Assembly: GCA_965206645.1 (NCBI GenBank)
Contig: CBDBKE010000004.1
Span: forward strand, 2,112,001 to 2,176,000
DNA: 64,000 nucleotides
Source: Terriglobia bacterium
Lineage (GTDB): Bacteria > Acidobacteriota > Terriglobia > JAJPHL01 > JAPKYU01
Direction: 5' to 3'
The notes under the pieces: generated by a model
What the model was told of the DNA's origin: nothing
Database searches by the model: none
What the model saw: the letters and a program-made list of their open reading frames with translations, nothing else
In this document: positions 50,200-60,115 of the stretch, one piece after another
Layout of the letters: the number at the start of each line of letters is the position of its first letter
Numbering within the stretch: the first letter of the stretch is position 1
Program-made: the position numbers and the translations under genes

Positions 50200-50757
50200 T
50201 TACTGATTCAGTCCCAACAATCCGTCGGGCAACTCCACCTCAATGACCCGGCCGGCCAGATCAATTCGCCTGCAAATTTCCTCGGCGAAGGGGACCAGCA
50301 ATTCCCCCTCAGGTGTATCCACCACCAGCACGGGGGTGCCTGGTGTGGGGTCCAGCCAGCGCACCACGCCTAGCTCGCGCCCGCCTTCCACCACCCGGCA
50401 CCCGGGCAGGTCCGACCAGTACACAGCAGAGCCTTCCAATGGGCGGCGGTGGGCGGCCGGGATGCAGACTTCGTAGCCGGCCAGCTTTTTGGCCGCCCCC
50501 AGATCGTCCACTCCTGCGAATTTCAGGATCACCGCGCCCTTGTGAAGCCAGAACCCCTCCAGACGCGCGGGACGGTGGCGGCCGTCGGAGCCCACCAGCC
50601 AAACCGGCTCGGCCCCGGCAAAGCGCTGGGGGAAATCGGTGAGCAGCTCGGCAGCCACTTCGCCCCGGCGTCCCTGTGACCGCCGAATGCAGGCAATCGT
50701 CACGAACGGCTCGGCAGCTTCCGGGCCGGGCGTGTCTGCGGCGCTTGCCTCGGCCAC
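50200..50757 (-). CDS. rimM: Ribosome maturation factor RimM
   Basis: QGRRGEV, YWSDL, LVPF; position between khpA and trmD. GTG start inferred. Confidence 0.92.
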   Translation of the reverse strand: MAEASAADTPGPEAAEPFVTIACIRRSQGRRGEVAAELLTDFPQRFAGAEPVWLVGSDGRHRPARLEGFWLHKGAVILKFAGVDDLGAAKKLAGYEVCIPAAHRRPLEGSAVYWSDLPGCRVVEGGRELGVVRWLDPTPGTPVLVVDTPEGELLVPFAEEICRRIDLAGRVIEVELPDGLLGLNQ

Positions 50758-50764
50758 GCTTGGC

Positions 50765-50995
50765 TCACTCCAGGATTTCCAGCGCAAAGCGCTTTTTCAA
50801 TTTCATCCCGGCAGCGCTCAGGATCGTGCGCATGCTCCGGGCCGTACGTCCCTGCCGGCCGATCACTTTGCCCAGATCACCAGGGGCCACTTGCAATTCC
50901 AGCACCGTCGTCCGTTCCCCTTCGATCGCCTGCACCTGCACCTCGTCCGGATGATCCACCAAGGCCCTCGCCATCTGCTCGACGAGTTCCTTCAT
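50765..50995 (-). CDS. khpA: KH-domain RNA-binding protein KhpA
   Basis: [13 protein letters not shown]. Confidence 0.95.
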   Translation of the reverse strand: MKELVEQMARALVDHPDEVQVQAIEGERTTVLELQVAPGDLGKVIGRQGRTARSMRTILSAAGMKLKKRFALEILE

Positions 50996-51182
50996 AACGT
51001 CTCCCGCTTCCCGTCCCGGCCAGCCGGGAACTCCCGGCCGCTGCTTTGAGCACCCGAAACCTGGGAATGCGAACCGGTGAAGAACCTTTGCGGCCCGGCT
51101 CTTGCCGGTCGGCCGAAAACGATTCGCTGTGTCTGGAAGCGGGCGGTCACCACGTTGAGCGGGTCCGCCGCGCGGGCCCAGT

Positions 51183-51449
51183 TCACGCGCCTAGCTCGGC
51201 GACCTGTTCCTCGGGCCCGGGCTGTTTCTCCAACAGATAACGCACCCGTTCGGAGGGTTGCGCACCCTTATCCATCCAGTAGCGAACGCGGTCGGCGTTG
51301 AGCGCGACCGTCGCCGGGTCCGTCAGCGGGTTGTACTGGCCGACGACTTCCACGAATCTCCCGTTCCGGGCGCGCTCACGCTCGATCACTACTACCCGAT
51401 AAATGGGCCTTTTCTTGGCGCCGAACCGGGCTAGGCGAATTCTCAGCAC
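51183..51449 (-). CDS. rpsP: 30S ribosomal protein S16
   Basis: [20 protein letters not shown]. Confidence 0.98.
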   Translation of the reverse strand: MLRIRLARFGAKKRPIYRVVVIERERARNGRFVEVVGQYNPLTDPATVALNADRVRYWMDKGAQPSERVRYLLEKQPGPEEQVAELGA

Positions 51450-51479
51450 CTGCTCACCTCCTTGCTTTGATTAGCCGCT

Positions 51480-52823
51480 TCACTGCAAGGCCGGGAGCTT
51501 CAGCCTCCCCAGCCGTTTTTGAAGCGGACCGCCGGAGAGCGACCGCATCATTTTGCGAGCCTCCGCGTACTGTTTCAACAGCCGGTTGACCTCCTGTACC
51601 GTAGTGCCGCTGCCCCGTGCGATGCGGCGGCGCCGGTGGCCGTTGATGATCTGATGGTTGGCACGCTCCCGGAGGGTCATGGAGTTGATGATGGCCTCCA
51701 GGCGCACCAGTTGTTTTTCTTCCACCTTCACCTGCTGCAACTGACGGAAGGGACCCACCTGCGGCAAATGCGACAGCACCTGCTCGAGCGGACCAAGCTT
51801 GCGCATCTGGCGGAGCTGCTCGCCGAAGTCCTCCAGTGTGAAGCTGGCCGTGCGCACTTTGCGCTCCAGCTCCAGGGCCTGCTTTTGGTCCAGCGTCTGC
51901 TCAACCTTCTCAATCAGCGACAGCACGTCGCCCATGCCTAGGATGCGCGACGCCACCCGTTCGGGCTGGAACAGCTCCAGTGCGTCGTACTTCTCGCCGA
52001 CCCCGACGAACTTCAGCGGCTGGCCGGTCACGGCTCGAATGGAAAGAGCCGCGCCGCCGCGGGCGTCCCCGTCCATTTTGGTCAGGATGACGCCGGTCAA
52101 GCCTAGCCGGCGGTGGAACTGGTCGGCGCTTGTGACCGCGTCCTGGCCGGTCATGGCGTCGGCAACGAACAGCACCTCGGCGGGCTCCAGACGCTGCCTG
52201 AGCTGCTGCATCTCCTGCATCAGTTCGTCGTCAATGTGCAGGCGCCCGGCGGTGTCCACGATCAGCACATCGCGGCCGCTGTGGGCGGCCTCGCGGCGTG
52301 CCAGGCGCGCCAGCTCCAGCGGCGATGCCTCCTCAGCCGGGCCATCGAACACCGGCAGCTCCACGGCCTCACCGATCACCCGTAACTGCTCGCGAGCCGC
52401 CGGCCGGTAGACGTCCACCGAGACCAGCAGGGGCCGGTGCCCGTGCTGGAACAACCACCGGGCCAGCTTGCCCGCGGTGGTCGTCTTGCCCGAGCCCTGC
52501 AAGCCGGCCAGCAAGATCACCGTGGGGGGCTGCGAGGCGAACCGCAGCGGGGCCGCCTGGCCTCCCAACGTCTCCACCAGCTCGTCGCGGACAATCTTGA
52601 CCACCTGCTGCGCTGGCGTCAGGCTGGTCAACACTTCCTGGCCGAGGGCTTTCTCCCGGATGCGATCAATGAGCTGCTTGGCCACCTTGTAGTGGACATC
52701 GGCCTCCAGTAGCGCCATCCGGATTTCCCGCAGCGCGTCCTGAATGTTGGCTTCGGTCAACTTCCCCTCGCCGCGCAGGGTCTTGAAGACGCGTTGCAGT
52801 TTTTCGGTCAGGTTCTCAAACAT
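51480..52823 (-). CDS. ffh: Signal recognition particle protein
   Basis: GLQGSGKTT, DTAGR, TKMDGDARGG, RRRRIARGSG. Confidence 0.98.
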   Translation of the reverse strand: MFENLTEKLQRVFKTLRGEGKLTEANIQDALREIRMALLEADVHYKVAKQLIDRIREKALGQEVLTSLTPAQQVVKIVRDELVETLGGQAAPLRFASQPPTVILLAGLQGSGKTTTAGKLARWLFQHGHRPLLVSVDVYRPAAREQLRVIGEAVELPVFDGPAEEASPLELARLARREAAHSGRDVLIVDTAGRLHIDDELMQEMQQLRQRLEPAEVLFVADAMTGQDAVTSADQFHRRLGLTGVILTKMDGDARGGAALSIRAVTGQPLKFVGVGEKYDALELFQPERVASRILGMGDVLSLIEKVEQTLDQKQALELERKVRTASFTLEDFGEQLRQMRKLGPLEQVLSHLPQVGPFRQLQQVKVEEKQLVRLEAIINSMTLRERANHQIINGHRRRRIARGSGTTVQEVNRLLKQYAEARKMMRSLSGGPLQKRLGRLKLPALQ

Positions 52824-53078
52824 GAATGCGAGTCCTTCGCCTGGTCAGGGGACTCAAGCCCTCGGGACACACCTCCCCTCGGCAGCCAAACGACCCATTC
52901 TATCATGCGATAGCAGAACCGGGCACGCGCAGCAGAACCGGGGAAACGCGAGGCCGGGGGGTTGTCATCTAACTCGCGTGGTTCGCGATAGAGGGCACTA
53001 CTGCACGCCGAGGGTGACGGTGTTGTCCGGCACAGCGTTGTTGCTGATTTCCGGGTCGCGGGTCAACCGGGGGACTAA

Positions 53079-54290
53079 CTAAGTCGGTGGGGACAAAAAC
53101 ACCGGGACCTCGACGGTGTTGCTCGGTACACCGTTGTTGATGATTTCTAGATTAGTCGGCGGGGTTACACCCTCCGGCTGCTCAGTCGGCGGGGTTATTC
53201 CCGGGGGTACCTCGACGTTCACTTGGTACAGGCCCACGAATCCTGGGGCCAAGCCGGAGAAGACTACCTCAGCGGGAATGCCGCCGATGTTCACCATCGG
53301 CAGGCTAACGGTTAGTGCCAGTCCCGCCGTAGGGTTGTCTACGGTAGGGTTGTCTACGCCGGGGGCAACATTGCCGGATGGCACTTCCGGCAGCACCGGA
53401 CCGAGCCCCGTGCAAAAGATCAGCAGGAACTCGCCCGGCTGTGCCGGGTTGCTCTCGGTGACGGGCTGGAAATCTGCCGCGTGGAGGATCGCCCCGAGGC
53501 CGGTGCCCTGCTGGTTCTGCGTAAAAATGCCCGACGATACGGCCGCAATCGCGACCGGCTGCGCCGTGCTGGTTTCACCGCCCCGCGTCACCTGCACCGT
53601 GATCAAACCCGCTCCGGCCACCAGCTCAAACGGGACCTGCGCATTGATCTGCGTGCCAGAGACGAAAAACAGCGGGGCCGCAATGCCGTTGAAGGTCACG
53701 CTGGCCTCTCCCAGCATGGTGGGTAGAGGCACCTCCGACGCTATCTGGGTGTCGCTGGCCAGGTCCGTCCCAAAGATGGCCACGATTGCACCGGGAGCGA
53801 TAAAGGATTTGGGCTCCGTCCCCGGCCGGAAGCTGGCACCGTTGACCACCGAGTCGGGCGGCAGGATCGGAGGAGTCGTCGACTCGCACAATGTAACCGC
53901 GACCGAAATAAAAAACGTCTCGCCGCTGTCGCCAGTGCCGATGACGCGTGCCTCACTGACCCCAGGCCCCGGCAAGAGCCCGTAAATAATTGTCACGGTG
54001 AAAAACGCCTCCCCCGGCAAAAACGTCGCTGAGGGGGGAACACTGAGCCAGCCTGTTCCGTTCATGAAATCGACCGAGAGAGTAAACAGGACGCTTCCCA
54101 GTCTTTCGCAGGCCTCGGTTGTCTCGTCCACCATCACAACATGCTGTGAGGGCGCAGCTCCCGAGCTGGCCGAAACAGCCAGGACCCGTGGAGACACGCA
54201 CATGCTAAGGTCTTGCCCGAACGCAGGTCTCGCAAAGATCAATGTCAGACAGCAGAACCCCCAAAATACCAACCGCCGAATGGACATCAT
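53079..54290 (-). CDS. Exported acidobacterial protein with TIGR03437/IPT-like C-terminal domain
   Basis: VVNGASF, APLFFVSGTQINAQVP, FCTGLG, GLAPGFVGLYQVN. Confidence 0.85.
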   Translation of the reverse strand: MMSIRRLVFWGFCCLTLIFARPAFGQDLSMCVSPRVLAVSASSGAAPSQHVVMVDETTEACERLGSVLFTLSVDFMNGTGWLSVPPSATFLPGEAFFTVTIIYGLLPGPGVSEARVIGTGDSGETFFISVAVTLCESTTPPILPPDSVVNGASFRPGTEPKSFIAPGAIVAIFGTDLASDTQIASEVPLPTMLGEASVTFNGIAAPLFFVSGTQINAQVPFELVAGAGLITVQVTRGGETSTAQPVAIAAVSSGIFTQNQQGTGLGAILHAADFQPVTESNPAQPGEFLLIFCTGLGPVLPEVPSGNVAPGVDNPTVDNPTAGLALTVSLPMVNIGGIPAEVVFSGLAPGFVGLYQVNVEVPPGITPPTEQPEGVTPPTNLEIINNGVPSNTVEVPVFLSPPT

Positions 54291-54455
54291 ATTCTCCGCC
54301 TGAGTCCCAACACGTTTCCCAGCACCCTTTCGCTTACCTTCTGCCGCTGGAAGAGTGTGCTTGCCGTGTCCGGGGTAGCCTTGGCGGGGCCGCCACGTCA
54401 GGATTTACCTCAACAGAAGAAGATGAAGGTGTGGGCGCAGCAGCGCTTGCGCCCT

Positions 54456-55961
54456 TTAACCACCGACATTGATCCACACGGACTTCACCTGGGTGTAAAG
54501 ATCCAGCGCGTGGACTCCTGATTCGCGGCCGTACCCGCTCATCTTGTACCCGCCGAACGGCATGGCGGCATCGAAAACATTGTAGCAATTCACCCAAACG
54601 ACTCCGGCTTGCAAGGCCTTGGCGATGCTGTGAGCCTTTTGTATATCCCGTGTCCAAACACCGCCGGCCAGTCCATAGAAGGTATTGTTGCTCAGCTTCA
54701 CTACCTCATCTAAGTCCTGGAACGGGATCGCAGTCAGGACAGGCCCGAAGATTTCCTCCTGAGCGATGCGCATGTCTGCCCGCACGCCGTCGAACACCGT
54801 GGGCTTAACGAAGTACCCTTTTGCCAGATCTCCCGTGGTCAAGCGCTCGCCGCCGACGACGGGCTTGGCTCCTTCCTCCTTCCCAATTCGGAGGTACCCG
54901 GTCACGCGGTCGAGCTGCTCCTGCGAGACGAGCGGCCCCATCTGGGTCTCGGGATCGAGGTTGTTTCCGACCTTGATCGTCGACGCAAATTGGGCCACCT
55001 GAGAGACGAATTTGTCGTAGATCTTCTTTTCGACGAAAAGCCTTGACCCCGCACAGCAAACCTGCCCCGAGAGTCGGAAGATGGCCCAGGCTGCTCCCGA
55101 AACCGCTTGCTCGAAGTCGGCGTCCGCGAAAACGATATCCGGAGACTTCCCACCCAATTCCAGAGAAACTCGCTTGAGGTTTCCTGCGGAGGCCTTGACA
55201 ATGCTTTGTCCGGTTAAGTACTCACCGGTGAAGGCGATCTTATTGACGTCGCGGTGCTCTGCCAGGGCAGCCCCGGCAGTTGGACCGAATCCCGGGCAGA
55301 TGTTCACCACACCGGGGGGAATCCCGGCTTCCAGGATCAGCTCACCCAGGCGAAGCGCGCTTAGAGGCGTCTGCTCGGCCGGTTTCAACACCAGCGTACA
55401 CCCGGTCGCCAGCGCCGGCGCCACCTTCCACATCGAGGTGACCAGCGGACCGTTCCAGGGAACAATCGCTCCCACCACGCCGACGGGCTCGCGCAGTGTG
55501 TAGGTGAAGTAATTACCAGGTGCCGAGTTTGGGATTGTTTCCCCATGAATCTTGGTCGCCCATCCCGCGTAGTAGCGGCACACCGCAGCGACCCGAGGGA
55601 TCATCCCCGTTCGGGCCATGGTGATCGGCATCCCGTTGTCCAATACCTCAAGGAAGGCCAGTTCGTCTCCGTTGGCTTCGATCAGGTCCGCCAGTCGTAG
55701 CAGGAGGCGCTGGCGCTCCACAGGTTTGACCTTCGCCCAGTCGCCTTCGAATGCCCTGCGCGCCGCTTTCACCGCCCGGTCAATATCTTCCCGGTCGGCT
55801 TCTGCCACTCGGGCGTGGACCTCTCCGGTGGTTGGGTTCAGCGTTTCGAAGGTTTTTCCAGAAGCGGCCTCAACCCATTTCCCGTCAATCAACATTCGCT
55901 TGGGTTGAGTCGCAAGGAAAGATTGCACTGCCGGATGAATTTGTTGCGTAACTGTTGCCAT
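54456..55961 (-). CDS. NAD-dependent aldehyde dehydrogenase
   Basis: PWN, KPAEQTP, LELGGKSP, GQVCCAGSR, EEIFGPV. Confidence 0.96.
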   Translation of the reverse strand: MATVTQQIHPAVQSFLATQPKRMLIDGKWVEAASGKTFETLNPTTGEVHARVAEADREDIDRAVKAARRAFEGDWAKVKPVERQRLLLRLADLIEANGDELAFLEVLDNGMPITMARTGMIPRVAAVCRYYAGWATKIHGETIPNSAPGNYFTYTLREPVGVVGAIVPWNGPLVTSMWKVAPALATGCTLVLKPAEQTPLSALRLGELILEAGIPPGVVNICPGFGPTAGAALAEHRDVNKIAFTGEYLTGQSIVKASAGNLKRVSLELGGKSPDIVFADADFEQAVSGAAWAIFRLSGQVCCAGSRLFVEKKIYDKFVSQVAQFASTIKVGNNLDPETQMGPLVSQEQLDRVTGYLRIGKEEGAKPVVGGERLTTGDLAKGYFVKPTVFDGVRADMRIAQEEIFGPVLTAIPFQDLDEVVKLSNNTFYGLAGGVWTRDIQKAHSIAKALQAGVVWVNCYNVFDAAMPFGGYKMSGYGRESGVHALDLYTQVKSVWINVGG

Positions 55962-56143
55962 GCTGTAGCTCCTTTCTATGGATGACAGGCGTTATCTCCG
56001 AATCTGCCGTCGGGGACTAGGCCAAATCATATTCCACCGGAGAAGACCTTGCGGCCAGCGTTTTGCTGCCCGGTCTGTCGGTGCCGGGACGTTGCAAACT
56101 GGTTTATCGACCCTGGGCCAGTTTATCGACTCTGGGGATGCTG

Positions 56144-56680
56144 CTACCCGGCCAGCTTCCCAGCCACGCCCAGCGCCGCTTCAAAATTCGGAAGCGTGCT
56201 GAGCTCCTTGACGTACTCGACGTGGCGCACCGTATCGTCCTTATCGAGGACGAAGATGGCGCGGGCATCGAGCCGCAGTTCCTTGACCAGGGTCCCGTAG
56301 GCATGGCCGAAGGAGGCGTCGTGGTGGTCCGACAGGGTGCGCAGGTTGCTGACGCCGGCGGCGCCGCACCAGCGCTTCTGGGCAAACGGCAGGTCCATGC
56401 TAATGGTCAGGATCTCCGCGTTCGGCAGCTTGGCTGCTTCTTCGTTGAACCGGCGCGTCTGCTGGTCGCACACCGGCGTGTCCAGCGAGGGCACCACGCT
56501 CAGGATGCGCACTTTGCCCGAGGTATCTTTCAGACTGACGGGCTTCAGGTCGTTGTCCAGCACGGTGAAACCCGGTGCGCGGTCGCCCACCCGGATTTCA
56601 GCCCCGACCAGAGTAAAGGGGTTGTTGAACAAGGTCACCGCGCCGGCTCGTTCCACCGGCGACGCCTTGGCTCCTGCCAT
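56144..56680 (-). CDS. tpx: Thiol peroxidase (Tpx-type peroxiredoxin)
   Basis: PSLDTPVC, SMDLPFAQKRWC; GGAGG RBS. Confidence 0.95.
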   Translation of the reverse strand: MAGAKASPVERAGAVTLFNNPFTLVGAEIRVGDRAPGFTVLDNDLKPVSLKDTSGKVRILSVVPSLDTPVCDQQTRRFNEEAAKLPNAEILTISMDLPFAQKRWCGAAGVSNLRTLSDHHDASFGHAYGTLVKELRLDARAIFVLDKDDTVRHVEYVKELSTLPNFEAALGVAGKLAG

Positions 56681-56783
56681 GAATTTCACCTCCACCTGAA
56701 AATTTCCTGCTGCGAACCGAACGATTATACACGTGAACCCACAGTGGCCGGACTAGCTCCCGGGCGGAATTCGTGAGGCTTAC

Positions 56784-57923
56784 TCAACGATCTAGGCCTG
56801 GAGTCGGCTCCTCCGGTGGGCCAATCATGGGCGGCATCTCGCCGGTCAGCGATTCCAGAAACGCCACCAGATCGGCGCGTTCCCGGCCGCTGAGGAAGTC
56901 CAGCTCTCGAATTTCCTTGTCGAGGTGCGGGTTGGAGTTGCCACCTCCCACGTAGAGGTCCACGACTTCTTTCAGCGTCTTCAGGCTGCCGTCGTGCATG
57001 TAGGGAGCTGTCTGTGCGATGTTACGGAGCGAAGGGGTCTTAAAGGCGCCCCGGTCGGCTTCATTCTTGGTGACGTCGAAGCGCCCTTGGTCGGTCAACT
57101 CCGGGACTCCACCGAGTACCAGCTTCACGCCCACCCCGATGTTGTGAAACTCATTGTCCGTAAACAGGGCATGTTGCTCACCAATCGTGTGGCACTCAGC
57201 GCAGTCGCCTTTCTCGGAGTCGCGAAACACGTCCAGCCCACGCTGTGCGGCTTTGCTGAGTGCTGATTTGTCGCCGCCATAAAAGTGCCGGTCAAAAGGC
57301 GAATTGCCGCTGACGACCGTGCGCTCAAAGGAAGCGATGGCCTTCCCCACCTTCTCGTAGGTGATCGGCCCCGGGCCAAAGGCCTTTTCGAAGGCAGCCC
57401 CGTAGCTGGCGTCAGCCGTTAGCTTTTTCTCCACTCCCTCCAGAGTGTGGGCCATCTCGACCGAGTTCTCCACCGGACCAGCGGCCTGCTTCTCTAGACT
57501 CGGCGCGCGCCCATCCCAGAATTGCGTCGTGTAGTAGGCGGCGTTGAAGACGGTGGGCGCATTGCGCCCGCCCTTCTGGCCCCCTACCCCCTCGGAAAAC
57601 TGCTTCCCATCGGTGAAGCCAAAGTCGGGGTGATGGCAGGTAGCGCAAGCCACCGTGTTGTCCACCGAGAGGATGGGATCGTAGTAGAGCAGACGCCCCA
57701 ATGCGACGGTTTCCGCAGTGGGAGGATTGTCGGCCGGAATCGGGACCGGGGGTAGTCCCAGCGGGGCTTGCACCTCGATGGGAGTCCCGCGAGGCATCGC
57801 TGCTGGAGGTGCCTTGGCCGGCGTCGCTGGCCCCGGCTTCCGAGCGCGGTATAGCAACACTCCGACTACGATCAGCACAACACCAAGAACCATCAACATG
57901 AGCGTTCTTAGGGAACCCATCAC
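56784..57923 (-). CDS. Di-heme cytochrome c peroxidase (CCP/MauG family)
   Basis: CATCH and CAECH heme motifs, QFWDGRA, FKTPSLRN, PYMHDG. Confidence 0.93.
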   Translation of the reverse strand: MMGSLRTLMLMVLGVVLIVVGVLLYRARKPGPATPAKAPPAAMPRGTPIEVQAPLGLPPVPIPADNPPTAETVALGRLLYYDPILSVDNTVACATCHHPDFGFTDGKQFSEGVGGQKGGRNAPTVFNAAYYTTQFWDGRAPSLEKQAAGPVENSVEMAHTLEGVEKKLTADASYGAAFEKAFGPGPITYEKVGKAIASFERTVVSGNSPFDRHFYGGDKSALSKAAQRGLDVFRDSEKGDCAECHTIGEQHALFTDNEFHNIGVGVKLVLGGVPELTDQGRFDVTKNEADRGAFKTPSLRNIAQTAPYMHDGSLKTLKEVVDLYVGGGNSNPHLDKEIRELDFLSGRERADLVAFLESLTGEMPPMIGPPEEPTPGLDR

Positions 57924-58044
57924 CGCCTCCTTCCACTAGTCTACCTCTGGTCTGCCTCCATTCCAGGGCTGAGTTCAGAGGCCTTGCCCGGTAGTCATCC
58001 CCGAGCTGAAAAATCGCTGCCAGGTGGAATAGACCGCATCCGGC

Positions 58045-58773
58045 CTAGCTGCGCAAGTGCTTTTCCCAACCGGGAACCTCAAGCGAGGTGAAGGCGTAGA
58101 GCGGGAACAGGCGCTGGAACGCCTGCTCGATCTGGCGCGCCAGGCTGGCGCTGCCCAGGCCCGGATGGGAAGGCTTGAAGACTTTGCGCACTACCCAACC
58201 ATCCAGGCGCAACCACTCGGCGCCGGAGCGGGGCAGGCCGCTGGTCTTGACCCGCTGCTTCTTTTCGCTGCGGTACCAGTAGCAGTCGTAACCATGGCGC
58301 ACAACGTGGCGGGCCAGCCACCGCTCCAGCCGCTGCTGGCGGGTTTCGAGGCGCGGGCGAAACACGCGGACCAGCGTGCCGGTTTTGCTCTGGGCATAAA
58401 TGGAGAAGACCAAGGTAAGGCTCTCGCCGCTGATCCCCACGTAGAGGCGGCCGTCGGAGGGGCGGTCGCGCCGCCGGTCGTAAAAGTACAGGTAGTAGTT
58501 GGTGTGGTAGGGGCTCCGGTCGGGCCAAAAGCGGATGTCGCGGTTGATGCGGGAGAAATTTCCGTTTGTCTTACCCGCCGTGTCAAAGTAAGGGTTTAGG
58601 CGAAGCACGGCGGGTTCCAGTCGGGCCAACAGCGCCCGAAAGGTGGCGACCAGCAACTCGTAGCGCTTCCGGCTCTGGTCAAACCATTCCTTCCGGTTGT
58701 GGCGGGCCAGCTCGCGAAAGAAAGCAAAGTGCTCGCGCGAGAAGCCACTGAAGGCAACCTGTTTCGCCTGCAT
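58045..58773 (-). CDS. DUF2461 family protein
   Basis: FFRELARHNRKEWF, RINRDIRF...PY. Confidence 0.85.
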   Translation of the reverse strand: MQAKQVAFSGFSREHFAFFRELARHNRKEWFDQSRKRYELLVATFRALLARLEPAVLRLNPYFDTAGKTNGNFSRINRDIRFWPDRSPYHTNYYLYFYDRRRDRPSDGRLYVGISGESLTLVFSIYAQSKTGTLVRVFRPRLETRQQRLERWLARHVVRHGYDCYWYRSEKKQRVKTSGLPRSGAEWLRLDGWVVRKVFKPSHPGLGSASLARQIEQAFQRLFPLYAFTSLEVPGWEKHLRS

Positions 58774-58880
58774 GGGCCGATTCTAACATGCCGCGCACCG
58801 GCGGCGTTTCGACGGCAGGTCCGGACGAGGTGCTCTGGAGAAAAATGGCCCTGCTCCAGTGAAACAGCACTAGACTGGGA

Positions 58881-59228
58881 GTGATGCCGGAGTGCCTATT
58901 CTGCCAGATTGTGCGCCGGGAGCGCCCCTCGCGCATTGTGTTTGAAGACGACAGTGTGGTGGCCTTCGAGGACGTTCGCCCGCAGGCCCCCACCCACCTG
59001 CTGGTAATCCCTCGCAAGCACATCGCTGGACTGGACGAGGCAGAGGCCGAAGACGAGTTGCTGCTGGGCCGGCTCCAGCGGGTCGCGGCCCAACTAGCGG
59101 TCGAGCGCAACATCCACCGCACCGGCTACCGCACCGTGCTCAACGTCGGCTCGAACGCCGGCCAGAGCGTTTTCCATCTGCACCTGCACCTGCTGGGCGG
59201 GCGCCCTATGCACTGGCCTCCAGGATAA
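58881..59228 (+). CDS. hinT: Histidine triad (HIT/Hint) nucleotide-binding protein
   Basis: CLFC, PQAPTH, GQSVFHLHLH, WPPG. Confidence 0.95.
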   Translation: MMPECLFCQIVRRERPSRIVFEDDSVVAFEDVRPQAPTHLLVIPRKHIAGLDEAEAEDELLLGRLQRVAAQLAVERNIHRTGYRTVLNVGSNAGQSVFHLHLHLLGGRPMHWPPG

Positions 59229-59256
59229 CCTCGTAGGTGTTATCCTCTTCGAACTG

Positions 59257-59964
59257 ATGCCCGAATCCCATAACGCAAAAGAAGCAGAACCTGGGCGCAC
59301 CCGGCCCGAGGCCGGCAAACCCGAGGGCGCCCCAGCTCAGGCGCCGCAGCCCGAAGCCGCTGCGAAGTCGGAGAAGCCAAGACCGCAGGTACCAGCAGGC
59401 GCCGTGAGCCCTGCCCAGCCGGTCAAGCCTGCTGTTGGGAAAAAGCACGAAGCGAAATCGCTCAAGCCTCAGACCCCCACCCCCGGTGCGCTAGTGGTGG
59501 AGGAATCGGTGGAGATTGCCGCCCCTCCCGAAAAGGTGTGGAAAATCTTTACCGAGGAGCAGAACTGGCCGAAATGGAATCCAGTGACCAAGCGGGCCAG
59601 CCATCTGAGCGGCTCTCGGTGGAGGCTGGGATGGCAGTTTGAGTTGGTGTTGCGGAATCGGCCGTTCCCTTCCTTGAAAGTCCGACCGATCGTGTTGGAG
59701 GTAAACGTGCCACTGCTGGTGCGTTGGTTCGAGGCGGTGCCGGGCCTCAGCGCGATGCACTGGTTCCTGTTCGAGAAGACCGAGACGGGCACGCGCGTGA
59801 CCAGCTACGAGGAGTTCACCGGAACGCTGACACCGCTGCTGAGGCTGTTCAGTGGCTTGATCTTCCGCATGGTCCGCCTCTGGTTGCAAGCTTTGAAACA
59901 AGAGTGCGAGAAGACGGCCCCATCGGCTGCGGGCTCCCGGCTGCCGGTGCTAGGGGCAAAATAG
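59257..59964 (+). CDS. SRPBCC/START-fold protein with Pro/Ala-rich N-terminus
   Basis: VEIAAPPEKVW...WPKWNP; ALKQECE. Confidence 0.85.
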   Translation: MPESHNAKEAEPGRTRPEAGKPEGAPAQAPQPEAAAKSEKPRPQVPAGAVSPAQPVKPAVGKKHEAKSLKPQTPTPGALVVEESVEIAAPPEKVWKIFTEEQNWPKWNPVTKRASHLSGSRWRLGWQFELVLRNRPFPSLKVRPIVLEVNVPLLVRWFEAVPGLSAMHWFLFEKTETGTRVTSYEEFTGTLTPLLRLFSGLIFRMVRLWLQALKQECEKTAPSAAGSRLPVLGAK

Positions 59965-60025
59965 CCGCGCGCTGGGTGTACGAAGCCAGGCCCACTCTCT
60001 AAACCTGAGTTCTCAAAGAGCATAC

Positions 60026-60076
60026 TCCTGTCATTCCGAGCCAGGCCCCCTGTCATTCCAAACGAAGCGAGGAATG
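60026..60076. repeat. REP-like element between convergent genes
   Basis: CCTGTCATTCC twice; TGTCATTCCAAACGAAGCGAGGAATG hairpin. Confidence 0.5.
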
Positions 60077-60115
60077 TGCTTTTCGCTTGCCATGCAGGTT
60101 CTCCCGCTGGTCGCC

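Noticed and set aside
52824-53000. SRP RNA (ffs) next to ffh
   Set aside because: No domain IV CAGG-GRAA-AGCAG motif.
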